A DNA stretch of 55,205 bases, filler included, from Mitosporidium daphniae (lineage: Eukaryota): the NCBI RefSeq assembly GCF_000760515.2. It is 3 parts of 3 records of this genome, joined end to end, with 100 filler letters (N's around TTAATTAATTAA, not from the genome) between each part and the next. Parts side by side here need not be neighbours in the genome. Positions count along the whole stretch, not along the records: positions 18,580 to 37,041 come from NW_013546126.1; positions 37,142 to 55,205 come from NW_013546125.1; 1 more part is not named here. One strand, written 5' to 3'. Under the pieces are notes generated by a model. That model had not been told where the DNA came from. It saw nothing but the letters and a program-made list of their open reading frames with translations, and did no database searches. Positions 34,542-47,392 of this stretch are shown piece after piece. A program made the translations under genes and the position numbers. Every line of letters starts with the position of its first letter. Position 1 is the stretch's first letter.

Positions 34542-36658
34542 TTATTCAAAATTTGCGTCATCCTCAAGTTTGTCTAGCTCCCCCATGGTGTTGGCCGAAG
34601 TGGTACTTATGGGCGCAAGGGTGGTCAAAATGCTAGACAATACTGAAGAGTAGAAGGAAGATTTTCCCAAAGAGGAAACCCAGAGCCGTTCTCTGGACAG
34701 CATATCACAGCGATAATTGATTCGGAGATCGGGAATATTGCTTTTTTTCATGTCGTTAGAAATTGGTCCGTCTACCATGCACATGTTTCCAAGCCACAGT
34801 TTTTTCAAACAAATTTCAAAGCCGCTTTGCAAAACGCTATTTCGACTTATCTCGCACATATCGGTTGGCGATAATTTCCAAATCTGTGCTGCAACACTAT
34901 ACTCCTCAATTAGCGGCTCTTTTGTAAAGTGGAATTGCAGGGGATCATCGGTCGATAGCGAGACGTTCATTCCGATCCTGAAATAATGTGGAAATGGATT
35001 TCTATCAAAGTTCAAGAAAAGAGCATTGTTTGACAGCGGTGACATTGCTATGCCTATCTGCATTAGGTAAAATAAATATTGAAGAGCAGGGACTTTTCTC
35101 AATAGTATTCCATGAGATATGTTATATGATGTCAGAAATGCAGCGGCCAGGTGCTCCGGGTCTCCAGCTTCGCCTGAATGTGGCCGGAACAAAAAAGTAT
35201 CTACAAAGTTATCAGAGCTAAAACGCTAACTCATGTTGTATTTCTTGCGATACTGGTTTAAAATCGTCAAGTTGGCATATATGTAGTACAGATAGTAAGA
35301 ATATGGGGGGTTTTGAGCTGCATTCCAATTTCTTGGACTTGGAAATTTCTTATGGATTCGCTTGTCAACCTTGGATTCGTCGTCAACGCTGTCAAAGGCA
35401 ACAACACGTTGAAGGAAAATATGAAGCTTTGGATTTGAAGATGGGTCCTTGGTAACTTGGAATAGCGGCCGGAAAATGTTGTCCAAAAAATCGGCAAATG
35501 AAGAGATCAAGCCCGAGGCTTTGTATACATTGTACAAACGCGGAAGCTGTATCACCCATCGAACGGTATCCGAGAAAATCTGATTGTCGCATATCCATTT
35601 TGAAAGCTTATCCCATTCATCGGGAGACCGGCCGTATATGGAGATGCGGTATTCAGCCATTTGGTACTTGTTCGCCTCCAAGTCGGACAAAACTTCTTTG
35701 GTCAATTCACTGAGATAGCGGCCTTCGATTAAATTGTCGGTTTTCAGAAAAATTTCTCTCAAACGAGACTCTCCCATTGGGTTATATTTCAGGTTGAAAT
35801 TATCAAACCGGTGAAAGCTATCCTTGTGCGCGTGCATATTTAGAGTATCAATGCTCAAGTCGTGGGCGGTCAAATTTAGGGACTGAAAAACCTCTTGAAG
35901 AGTCAGAAAAGCCCCATCTCGCTGGATTACAACATCCTAAGGTTAGGAAAGCTAGTTACATTTGGCGATCTTCTTAGTTTGGACTTGATAAAGCGGAGCA
36001 GATGTTTTTGATTCATGCAAGCAGAGTGGTGCACGTGGGTATCCACCTTACGAACGTTATAAAAATCGCGATGCGGGACCGTCTAATGGGCTATTTTTGG
36101 TGGGAAGCTTACCTTTTGCTCTTGAACCTCATTCATCTCATTGAGCAGCAGGTAAATGCCAAAAGAAGCATCCAGGTATTTTAGCCTTTTAAAGCAAAGA
36201 GATTTTGTAGGTCCATCATGAATGACAGCCAACAGAAACTCTAAATCTTGGAAGAACTCTTTGATTGATGGCGAAAAAAATATTGGCGACGGAGCGTCGT
36301 CTTGTAAGCAGGGCCCATTGTAGACCTTGAATACTCCATCATCCCCCAATTCAAACGAATGATCATTTGAAGGCGGTATAAAACACGACCTTAGCCTATA
36401 CGAATTTAAATGATAGGCTCGCCCAACATTTTTGGGACAATGGATGTCATCTGAGTCTGCCAAATTGCTAAAAAAAGGGTGCGAATGATCTTTGTGATAA
36501 TATGAAAGATCCTCTTCAGCAATTTTAGGCGGATCAGAGACACAATTTGCAATGTTTTGTGGATTTTCAAATGGAGATTGAATCGATGAATTGATATATT
36601 TTTCTCGAAGGGAAATGCATTTTTTTAAATTTGATAGCACAGATTCATCAGGTTGCAT
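34542..36658 (-). CDS. AMD1: AMP deaminase, multi-exon
   Basis: [67 protein letters not shown]. Confidence 0.97.
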
Positions 36659-36849
36659 GTTAGGCTCAAAAGAACGTATTATAATAAAAGCCAGGCATTT
36701 TAATTTGCATAAATTTTCTCGATTTCATGCAATCACACACCTTGTGATGCATCATTGCTTAAATTTAATTTTAAAATCCACGAAATCGAGTTTCATTTGA
36801 CAATGCATGTCTATGTTGGGTTGACTGTCGCGAGTCCCAACCCTAGCGC

Positions 36850-37041
36850 CAAATCATATTTTTAAATCGCTTTTTTGCAACGTAACCAAAATTAGGCTGT
36901 TCATGCTGCATGATACCTTTCTGTGGCATTTTCGATTACTAATTAACTCGGGTTAGAGGCAGCCTATTACACACTCCAACCGGTCTGTTCATAAATTTTA
37001 CGCGATATCACGTTACTTTTTGCAATTAAAAATATGATTTG
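36850..37041. mobile_element. Candidate MITE-like element with 16-bp perfect terminal inverted repeats
   Basis: CAAATCATATTTTTAA (36850-36865) is the exact reverse complement of TTAAAAATATGATTTG (37026-37041). The contig ends at the right repeat, so a target-site duplication cannot be checked. Confidence 0.4.
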
Positions 37042-37141
37042 NNNNNNNNNNNNNNNNNNNNNNNNNNNNNNNNNNNNNNNNNNNNTTAATTAATTAANNN
37101 NNNNNNNNNNNNNNNNNNNNNNNNNNNNNNNNNNNNNNNNN
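37042..37141. other. Artificial contig-join spacer
   Basis: 44 N + TTAATTAATTAA + 44 N. Confidence 0.98.
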
Positions 37142-37246
37142 TTCTTCAGTATGTGTGTCAAGCTCTTCTTCAGTATGTGTGTCAAGCTCTTCTTCAGTAT
37201 GTGTGTCAAGCTCTTCTTCAGTATGTGTGTCAAGCTCTTCTTCAGT
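37142..37246. repeat. 24-bp perfect tandem repeat, >=4.4 copies
   Basis: TTCTTCAGTATGTGTGTCAAGCTC at 37142, 37166, 37190, 37214 and partial at 37238. Confidence 0.97.
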
Positions 37247-38434
37247 TGAGATAAGATATGGTTCAATTTTATTGCTGAGCCTATCATTTTCCTCGGGAGC
37301 TTGATGTCTAAAAGCACCATTGATCAAAGTATCCTTTATATTATCATCACCATTGCCATTTTGAATCCCAGTTTTTTCGATAGGTGCTGCTTTGATAATA
37401 CTATTTGAGGGAAAAAAATCAGACCCATTCGCGAAAACAGTTCCAGTCACATGTTGTGAGTCGAGTATTTTTTCTGGCTCGATGTCGTGTATTTTCTTCT
37501 CTAAAATGGGCCCCTTATCTTCATTATTTGACGCCCAAGAGCAGGCGTATATATCCAAAGCATCCCAAAACTCCTCCTCGCTATCACTATAAGATATCTT
37601 ATCATTGTGGTCGAGATTCATGGAAATCAAAGATGGCTCTTGGATATGATCCATTTGGGAGACTTCAATGCTACTATTGCAACTATTTACACAACTTGCT
37701 GCTTGACCAGAATAAAAGTTAGCCACATTTTTCTGGGTGTTTATAGGTGAATCATTGTAAATGGAAGTGTCACACAGGAGGCTTGAGTCCATATCTAATG
37801 AGATGCGTTTATGTAGACGAAAAGGCTCGGTTTCACCATTAAAAGGGAGAAGTGGAAAACCGTTAATCGAAATATCTTTAACGGTGGGTGTGGAAAATAA
37901 TGGATTTGCGTTGAATGGCCTCCTATCGTCTGAACCATTTTCTATTACTGCTCTTGATGTAGATGTTGAACCCAATAAAGCCTCCCTGTCTCCAAAAACA
38001 TTGGAAGTGCCACTATAGACAGAGTATTGCTCCCTCCATGAGGGTTTTTGCCGTTGAAGATGCTTTGGTAATGACGAATGTACAGCCCGCATCAAAATAA
38101 ATCTATTTAAATACCTCCTAATGATAGATGGGTCTTTTTCCAAGAGGGGAAGTTTGAAAAACGAGCTTGAGACAAAAAAAGAGTACGCCTCCACAGGGGA
38201 ATCGCAAATATCAAGAAGAAAAAATAACAAAAAATCATGGCTTTTTTCTGAGGGAAACAATATGCATGCATAATACTCCACCAGTGGCCTATCGGCGGCT
38301 AAGAGATTACAAAAAGGGGCAGACAGCTTTATCAAAAGCTCTCGCTTTTTGGAGACATTCAGAAGCTCATGGATTTGATGCAAAATCATTTGCTTTCTAT
38401 GGCAATCCATGCAGAAGAAAACCAAGCAATGCAA
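37142..38434 (-). CDS. Hypothetical protein with C-terminal TEEELDTH repeats (truncated by gap)
   Basis: ORF of over 430 codons running into the gap. Confidence 0.7.
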
Positions 38435-38475
38435 TGAAGTTGAATTTACAATTAAATTTTTAATTAGTAAATCGA

Positions 38476-39607
38476 ATGGACCCTACCGTACTCATAGTGG
38501 TTGGTATGGCCGGCTCTGGAAAGACCACATTTACGCAGCGTCTCTATTCCCATGCGTCATACATACAGAAGAGAACACCGTTTGTTATTAATCTAGATCC
38601 TGCCGTTTTGGAAGTGCCCTTTCCTTGTGACGTTGACATCAGAGATACGCTCGAATATAAGGATGTAATGGAGAGGTAAATGGTGGCTTTTAAAGTTAGA
38701 TTTCAATTGGGACCAAATGGAGCCATTCTTACATCGCTGAACTTGTTTAGTGCCCGTTTTGATCTTGTTCTTGAGCAGCTGGCTTCCCTGTCCACTGCTT
38801 CTACTCAGGTAGAGAAAAACAATCCGATCAAAGGAGACGTGGCGATTGAGGAACACAAGGCTGTTGATGGAGGCGATGCCATCGAAAAAAATCACTTTGA
38901 AGACGATGGTAGCGGCTATGAAAATCCTCGGCATGTTTCGTTGGCCATTGTAGACACGCCTGGACAAATTGAAGTGTTTACTTGGTCTGCCTCTGGAACT
39001 ATTATTACCGAGTCTATTGCTGCTAACCACCCCACTGTCCTTGTATATGTTGTTGATACTCCCCGTTGCGTCTCAAATCCGGCCACTTTTATGTCCAATA
39101 TGCTCTACGCCTGCTCAATACTGTACAAAACCCGTCTCCCTCTTTTGGTTGTCCTCAACAAAACAGACGAGCAGTCCGATGCCCCCATCCGGGAATGGAT
39201 GTTAGACTATGAAGCCTTTCAGGATGCCCTTCGTCATCCCTCAAATGTGGAACGGTCCTCGGACTCATTTATGAATTCGATGCTCCATTCCATGAGCTTG
39301 GTTCTTGAGGAATTCTATTCTACGTTAAATGTAAGCTACACATTTCAAAATACCCTCTTGCTTTTGCATTAAAAATTCTAACGCTCAGGTAATTGGATTG
39401 TCCTCGTATTCGGGGGATGGTTTTGACGGGTTTATGGATGCCGTGGATAGAGCTAAAGAGGAGTATTTTTCTGGATACCGGAGCATACTTGATGCGAGAA
39501 AGGCCGAGCAGCAGGTATGCTTAACGCGTTACAAGTAGCAGGCCAAAGAAGGCTTTCGAATTTCCGCGGACATGGCCAAACTAAGACTCGACATGGAGAA
39601 CAAATAA
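38476..39607 (+). CDS. GPN1: GPN-loop GTPase 1 (Npa3), 4 exons
   Basis: [48 protein letters not shown]. Introns of 24, 58 (39331-39388, with CTAAC) and 24 nt. Confidence 0.96.
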
Positions 39608-39649
39608 ACATCGGCTAACTTATCATTCACGTTGCGGACGATTTGGTAT

Positions 39650-39661
39650 TTAGGGTTAGGG
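39650..39661 (+). promoter_or_regulatory. (TTAGGG)2 telomere-like / telo-box element upstream of ZNF207
   Basis: TTAGGGTTAGGG about 77 bp before ATG 39738. Confidence 0.45.
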
Positions 39662-39737
39662 CCATTTTAGTAAATATGTCGTTGAATATTTTATAATTTT
39701 TGCGGACTCTTGAATTTATTATTAGCTAATCAATCGC

Positions 39738-40938
39738 ATGTCTAAAAAGCGGAAAATCGAGCAGGCTCTAAAACGCCCTTGGTGTTGGTTTTGCGAGCGG
39801 GATTTTGATGACGAAAAGGTTCTAATCCTACATCAAAAAGCAAAACACTTCAAATGCCCAACGTGCCACCGTAAGCTGAACACAGCCCAGGGAATGTTTG
39901 TGCATATGGCACAGGTGCATAAAGAGACTATCACAAAGTTTGGCTTGAAATCCTTTTTTTAGGGTACCAAATGCAATTCCGGGCCGGGATAGGGGCGACG
40001 TTGAGGTTTTTGGAATGGAGGGGATTCCGCTTGATGACTTTCTTGGCCATTACAAGGAATCGCCAGAAATTGTAGAGCAAATAAAAAGACACGTCGAAGA
40101 GAGCTCTTCTCTCCTTTTGTCAAGTGGAGGGTCAACATCTGGGGCAAGCGGTTCGCCTCCGTCAAGTGAGTCTATTCATGTGCCCTCAATGCAAAGTATT
40201 AATTCCAGTAGTGGTCTGCAACATTCACTTTCTGCATCTTCTTTACCGCCTAATGTATTGCCACCATCTATTCCTTCAGTCTCCGCATTATTACCGCAGT
40301 TTCAAATGGCACCCATGATGCCTCAAATGGCTCATCCGATGTTTGGACACATTCCCCATAACATTTTTGCTTCACCTCAACAGCATGGGGGTATATTTAT
40401 GCCACCCCCTCAACCTCCATTTTACATGAACAATTTGGCTCAAGGAAACGCCCACCCGATCCCACAGATTCCCTCTTTATTTCCATCGCTACCCTTACCG
40501 CCACCTCCTCCTCCGCCTCCAATTCAAGGTTCTTTTTCGGTTCCACCTCCACAAACTCCACAACTTTCAATCCCACCATTACATTCTTCTGCGATGGGGA
40601 TTCCTCCGGGAAAGCATCCTTCTGTCGGCACGCCTTTGCCTCAAATCCGGCCTGTAATTTCTCCTCTTATGAATGCTGTTGGATTAGAGGTAAATCAGAA
40701 TGTTTCTAACGCTTTTAATGATATTTGTCCAAAGATCTCTACCGATTCAAGTGTCATTGCTTGCGCTATTCCTGAAAAAGGTATCTCTATCGACACTAAT
40801 AGCTCATCTAACGCTCTTCACTTGACGAAGCAGCCCACTGTCCCTACAAAGCCATCATTCATTCTTTATGATCCAGTGACAATTGAGAGCGTAGAGGAGC
40901 GAAGGGCCAAACTCCAAAAGTACAAAGCCCGCTCGTAA
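39738..40938 (+). CDS. ZNF207: ZNF207/BuGZ-like C2H2 protein
   Basis: [62 protein letters not shown], Pro-rich middle, C-terminal GLEBS-like [12 protein letters not shown]. One ~25-nt intron. Confidence 0.92.
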
Positions 40939-41220
40939 TATTTTGTATATTTTCCGTATTATAAAATAATAAAATAAACCCCACTGCCAAATTGGAAACT
41001 GGCACTGCAACCCAGGCCAGGCCAGGCCAATTATGTATTAAATTCCACTTTAAATTTTCGGGATCAAATTCACGAGTATTAGATGTTTCCAAATCAACAT
41101 CTTATTATCAGGGCGCATATTGATTCTGATGAAAAAATGATCCCTGTAACTAACCATATTCTGGAACTCTGAATGATTGGGATTATTCATTCATTATCGC
41201 ACATCTTTTTGCTAAGGTAA

Positions 41221-44200
41221 ATGCGCAAAGAGGTAATTCTAGTAAGTTTACCTTATAGAGAGCAAATAGAGCCAAAAGTGTCGTTCCAGCAGATCCGGCT
41301 CGGGATGCACGTCGTCGAGGTCTTAGCCGTTGGGATGGCAGGACCGTGGAGGACGAAAGCTATTATGATAAAAATGGAGTCCCTTCTTCCTTGAAGCCGC
41401 CAGACATGCTTTCTGATCGCAAAAGAGCCTCCTTTTCTGTATGGCGCCTTTTCAGCCGCATGTTGACCTGCTTGATCCCTTCATGCTGCCTTTCTAAATG
41501 CGGAGGCCTGCGAGACCAAGGGATGCAACAAGCCTGGCGTGAAAAGGTTGCCTTGTGTATGCTGATATTTTTTGGGTGTCTTGCCCTTGGTTTTTTACAA
41601 TTTGGGTTCACCACTTTTGTGTGTAGACCCCCTGCATTTATATACAAGCATTCCGAGGTAAAGACCAAGACGAGTGGAAAAAATAGATGGTTCATCATTA
41701 GAGGTTTCCATTATTTGATTCTTAATTTTAGGAACCATTTACAATGTGCCCTTCAAATATAACCCCTACTCTCATTCCGACGTCCCTTATGATGTGTATT
41801 CAACATTTGCGGGGTCTGACGTTTCTCCATTTTTCCCACCACATCCCTCCTCAGCGTGCGCTGCAGCCGGGATAGTCTCTGGGGGCTTGGAGTGTACCGT
41901 TAAAGGTAGTGAAGTTACCTTTTGCCACAGCCCTTCAATAATTTCCAAAATGGATAGGGTTGGCACGGTCACATGGAATTGGAACGAGATCGAGGCCTCT
42001 GATTATCTCATTGCATACAACGGGCTTGTTTTGGACGTTAGTTCGTACCTCGACCAAATACCTATCTCCTCTCCAACACCGTATGGGAAAAAAATCGATT
42101 CGATCTTTCGATCTTCTGTTGGTGGTGACGCAACCAAGGCCATATCCACCCTGTCTCGTGATGAAATACAATGCCTTTTGGATGAGTTTGGTGCAGGCAC
42201 CGTTGACGTAAAATCGGTTGGCTGTATTTTGACTGACGTGATCCTATATTTATCGCTTGTTGCTATTCTTGCCGTGATTTTTGTCAAATTTATTTTGGCC
42301 GTCACTTGGACATGTTGCATGTCCAAAAAGTTCTCTTCCAAGGGTTTGGAGCGGGTCATCAAAAAAGAGTCGAAAAAGCCATTTCATATGGACGACAATT
42401 CAAATCTCGATCGACCCCTATCATACGATATGGTCGGTGGTCGCAAGGTTAGTTCGAGATACATTTCCACCAGCAACAATAACTCTGATTTGATGATTTC
42501 CGACGGAACCTCTTATATGGGCAACACTCATCACAATAAAGCAATGTCTTCTCAAGTTTTTAATGACAACGACCCGACTTTAGCTACTGCGGGAGAATTA
42601 TTTTCCAACCCTGAGTTTTCCTTTTCAACCTCACTCAATAGCCAGTCAAGCTTGCGAAATGGCCGAAAACTTCCATCCGAGATTGTCACCGATATTGGAT
42701 CGCTACAATCAACCATTGAGGGCTATGACCAAAACTGTGGCTCGACCATTACCGGCGCCGAAGATTCGAATAACACTTGTACCATCAGCATTCCCTTTGA
42801 AACAAATCCACATCCTATTGGCGGTTCCTTTGATGATAATCCGATGTATTCAATTCTAGTGGTCACATGTTACTCTGAAGAGGAAACTGGTCTTCGCACG
42901 ACCATCGAATCTTTGCTCGAATCTGACATCCATGACTCTCATAAGCTTCTTTTTGTCGTTGCAGATGGTCTAATTACGGGGTCCGGTAATGATCGGTCCA
43001 CTCCCCAAATTCTTGTTGAAATGATGGACGTTGACCAAAAATCAGGAGGAATCGGCCCCTCCGGGATTCCTTGGAGCTTTTTTGCTTCAAACTTAAAAAA
43101 TGCAGAAGAATGTCTGCCGCTGGAGGAGCCTCTAGATGAGCAGTTTGCAGCTGCTCGCAAGGTTAGAAATCTCACTTTTACGCATACATATAGCCGTTGA
43201 GTACGAAAAAAGGTGAACAGCCAATGATACCTGGCACCACAGATTGGATGCCCGAGGCTTTTTCCTATGTGGCAATTGCTGATGGAGAAAAAAGGCACAA
43301 TATGGCGCGGATTTATGGAGGGCATTTTTGCTCAAATGGGCACCGTGTTCCGGCCGTTGTTGTTGTCAAATGTGGCACCCCCAACGAGGCTACTCAACCT
43401 AAGCCTGGAAATAGAGGAAAGCGAGATTCTCAAATTCTGCTTATGAACTTCCTAAGCAAAGTTCTTTTTGGCGACAGAATGACGCCTCTTGAGTATGATC
43501 TGTATAGAAAAATCCGATACCTGACGCACATCACTGCTGACAAGTATGAAGCTGCTCTTTGTGTGGATGCCGATACCAAGGTACCATATTGACGCTCATG
43601 TGATTACCATAGGTTGAGCCTGATGCACTTAGGAACATGCTTTCCGTACTTAGACTCGATCCCACCGTCATGGGTTTATGCGGCGAAACCAGAATTGCCA
43701 ACAAAGGAGCTTCCTGGGTCACTGCAATCCAAGTTTTTGAATATTTTATCTCGCATCATTTGAACAAATCCTTCGAAAGTGTATTTGGTGTCGTTACCTG
43801 CTTGCCTGGCTGTTTTTGCATGTATAGAATCAAAGCCCCTAAGGGGCTTCCCGGGTGCTATGTCCCCATTCTCGCATCTCCCGACATTATTGATTCTTAT
43901 GCAGAAAATGTAACCGATACGCTCCATAAGGTAGGCCGCCAACTTTTAATGTTCTCACAGAAAAACTTGCTTCTTCTGGGTGAAGATCGATACTTGACTA
44001 CACTTATGTTAAAGACATTTCCCAAACGCAAGATGCTTTTTATTCCAAAAGCCAAATGTCGTACTCAAGTTCCAGATACTTTTAGTGTATTGCTCTCCCA
44101 AAGGAGGCGATGGATCAACTCTACTGTGCATAATTTATTTGAATTGGTTCTGGTAAACGATCTTTGTGGGACTTTTTGCTGTTCCATGCAATTTATCATC

Positions 44201-44731
44201 TTCATGGAGCTTTTGGGAACCCTTGTCCTGCCAGCGGCCATAGTGTTTACGGGCGTTCTGATCACGACAAGTATCATCGGAGATCTTCAGTACATTCCTC
44301 TTGGGCTTTTGATAGCCATTCTCGGCTTGCCTGCCTTCTTGATTTTTTTTACTCGTTCATCTCTTATTTATGCCTGGTACATGCTTTGCTACCTGATTGC
44401 CCTGCCTATTTGGAACTTTGTATTACCGGTGTATGCATACTGGCATTTCGATGATTTTTCGTGGGGTGAAACTCGTAAAATAGAATCCGCTACAAAGGAT
44501 AAAGCTCATGGAGACAAGGAGGGTGTCTTCGATTCATCCCAAATATTCATGAGGCGCCTCGAGGAATATGAGGCCGAAATTGCGACTTCTGTTGTAAACT
44601 TTTGCAGCTCATCTGGAAAGGGGCTTGCCTCCCTTGAAATTCTGCACCAAGAATATCTTGTTGATAGGCTTGAGGATGGTTTTGAAGGGGAAGACTTTTC
44701 TTCCAAAGTATCATCCCTCTCTGTTGGTTAA
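41221..44731 (+). CDS. CHS3: Chitin synthase, class IV (Chs3-like) with cytochrome b5-like region, 6 exons
   Basis: [66 protein letters not shown]. Introns of 26-32 nt. Confidence 0.95.
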
Positions 44732-44908
44732 ATAAATCGTTTGACTCGGCCATTTAATTTGGCGTTTGTCGTCCAGAACTGAGCTAGCCATCCACCAAAG
44801 GGTGTGTTGGTTTAAAAAATAATTTACCGCAAAAAGTGGGTGCAACTTTTGTTGGTGATTGTTTCAGACACCAACTTTAAAAATTGAAAATTAACGTTGG
44901 ATTTTCAA

Positions 44909-46206
44909 ATGGACACCACTGACGAAAAACCAAACAACGGTGAGGAGGGATCCTTTTTAACATCCCTCATCAAGCGCCTCGAGTCAGCTACAAGCAAAAT
45001 CGAGTCAATTATTTTATCTAATCCCAGCTATTCGCCTCGACCTGCAGCCTCTTCTCATGACCATGAAAGCAATTCCTATTTGACCCAATTTATGGGGGAT
45101 TACCTCAAAAAATGCAATGAGATCCATCCGATTGTTGAGTCGCAAGCTCTTCTGCTAAAAGAAGGCATCCTTGAAACCCTTCAATCAAAGCCCCCAAATG
45201 AGCAGAAGGTTTCAGAGTATATATCGAAGATACAGTCGTCCAAAGATCGACGTGAGTTCGATCCCATATTGAAAGTTGTCGCAGAACTGTCTCCTGTCCT
45301 TGGGTGGCCATGGGTACTTTATTTTGATGCTGATCATGACTTTAGGCTTCATTTCCCGACATGTTCACTACGCTCTTCAAAGGCGCAAAGGAGGCCAGCG
45401 AATTTTACCGAAACAAGCTTTATACTTGCGTGAAAAACGAACAAATTCCAGGGTTCTTTTGTTTACTAATACTCGTTAGGGTTAAGTACGAGTCGATTGA
45501 ATCGTGGGCCACTTCTTTGTTTGAATTAATTGATGCTGTGAAAAAAGTTGCATTTGACAGAATGAATGGAACAGCAGCGGTAGGATCATGTCCTCCTTGC
45601 GAACGCTCCACTTCTACCGGTAAAGCCTTGCAACAGACAGCGCAGCTTTCTTCACAAAAGCCGAGTAAAGAGAATCCCAAGCAAAAAGGGTGTGATGGAC
45701 CTTCACCGCTAATCGAGTTGCGTGGAGACTCGAAATGGATTATCGAGGGGCAGATTGGATCGAATATTTCCCTTCCACAGAAGGTTGAATCGAAGCACTC
45801 GATTTATGTTTTCAAATGCAAGGACGCTGTGCTTTCGCTTGAATCTTCCAAATTTACGACGGCCTCTATTGACCAGTGCGAAGGTTTTGGATTCGTCGTT
45901 GGCAGGGTGATTTCTGGAATTGAAATAGTCCGCTCAAAGGGGCTTCAAATTCAGGTGCTTGGATTTTGCCCCACCATCAGCATTGATTCTTCGGAGAGTA
46001 TTCAAATTTACCTGTCAAAGGAATGCATCGGAGAAAACACACAGGTCATCACCTCCAATTCATCGTCCGTCAATATTCTCTTCCAGTCTCCGGCAGAAAA
46101 CGAGGAAGATGCCGAGTGGATTGAAAAGCCAGTTCCCGAGCAATTTGTCTCTGTCGTCAACAAGGATGGCCTTTATATTGCAACAACCCCCCAAGGCCAC
46201 ATTTGA
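44909..46206 (+). CDS. SRV2: Adenylyl cyclase-associated protein (CAP)
   Basis: LIKRLESATSKIE N-terminal motif, helical domain (LGWP..ASEFYRNK), beta-helix CARP domain ending EKPVPEQF. Confidence 0.9.
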
Positions 46207-46291
46207 CCCATAAATTGCCCAACCAGAAGATGGAGTTCAGAATAAAACATATTTTTATTGATGTGATGCTGGCAGCTCCTTGAGATGCAGA

Positions 46292-46642
46292 CTAACGTTG
46301 GAGATTTGGATTATTGTAGGACCCAATTCTGGTGAGATGGCTAGCGGCATTGTGATACTCCTCCTCAGTGCCCTCCGAAAGGATCCTTTCAATCACAAGA
46401 TGGATGTCCAAGCTGGCTTCTTCGCCAAATGCATTTGAGAGCATCTGCTTGGAGGGACGAATCCACTCGCCAGTATGTCCCTGTGATTCGCAGCAAAAGA
46501 CCTCCATATTCTGGACAACTTGAATGACGGGGATGGAGCGATCGTTTAGCCACTTTGCGCGTTCGCCCTTATGGCAGACCAAAAAAAATTGTCGCTTGTG
46601 ATGCAGCTCTGATGGATCTCTCCACAAACAAAGCGTAGACAT
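46292..46642 (-). CDS. SBDS N-terminal-like single-domain protein (Rtc3-like)
   Basis: KWLNDRSIPVIQVV..EVF..GHTG..RPSKQMLSNAFG..VIERILSEG. Confidence 0.75.
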   Translation of the reverse strand: MSTLCLWRDPSELHHKRQFFLVCHKGERAKWLNDRSIPVIQVVQNMEVFCCESQGHTGEWIRPSKQMLSNAFGEEASLDIHLVIERILSEGTEEEYHNAASHLTRIGSYNNPNLQR

Positions 46643-46812
46643 TTTCAAAAATCGGCTAGCCGTGGTTTATATGGAATTCATTTACAGATCGGTGCTATCA
46701 CGATTCCCAATGGTCCATCACTTGTCAAATCAAATTCACGGCAAACAACGTAATCATGAAATTTAATTTTACAACACAATGTCAAAATGGCAATTTAAAG
46801 TTCAAGTTCAAT

Positions 46813-47303
46813 TTAAAATGGGATGCCTCTTAAAAGCAGGGAGTACACAATAACTCGGCTGTAAAGATCGAACGACTCTGTAAATAGCACCTTCAACTCT
46901 GATATCGGGGTCTGGCCAGCGGGAATTTGAAAGGTCTGGTTTTCAGTACAATTAGCAACATTGGGAAAGTTTATGACAAAGGCCTCGGTCCCATCAAAAC
47001 AGCCAGTGAGTGACATACTTTTGGGCGCAAATCCACCCTGGAACAGGAATTCTATTTCTGATAATTGGATACGCGTGGAGAAACGAACTAAAACCCATTG
47101 TAAAGCCCCCTAAAGATAGAGTACGATAGGCACCAATACCCCATCTGAGGCCCAGCAGCTTTCTGGGTGGTCATAGTCGAACATGTGGTTCTTGCCAAAA
47201 AGCGAAGGGCTTTTATCTTTGACAGATGAGACCCTGGAGAAAATTAAGCATCAACATTTTCATTTTACCGAACGTTTGAAATAAAAGGTTTCAAGTCGAT
47301 CAT
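46813..47303 (-). CDS. NR2C2AP: NR2C2AP/TRA16-like galactose-binding-fold protein, 3 exons
   Basis: Spliced product VRVSSV..FGKNHMFD..ESCWASD..QWVLVRF..FQGGFAP..QTF..LKVLFTESFDLYSRVIVYSL. Confidence 0.85.
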
Positions 47304-47392
47304 TGCGAGATGCAGATCGGGATTCGGCACGCGGATGGAGCTGTTTTAGTTGCGCTTGTAAAAGTGTTAATTTTATTCGCTAAACTTTTTAA

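Noticed and set aside
41127..41172. Possible box C/D snoRNA (TGATGA...CTGA)
   Set aside because: Only 46 nt, with at most an 8-nt putative rRNA complement; not distinguishable from chance without a search.
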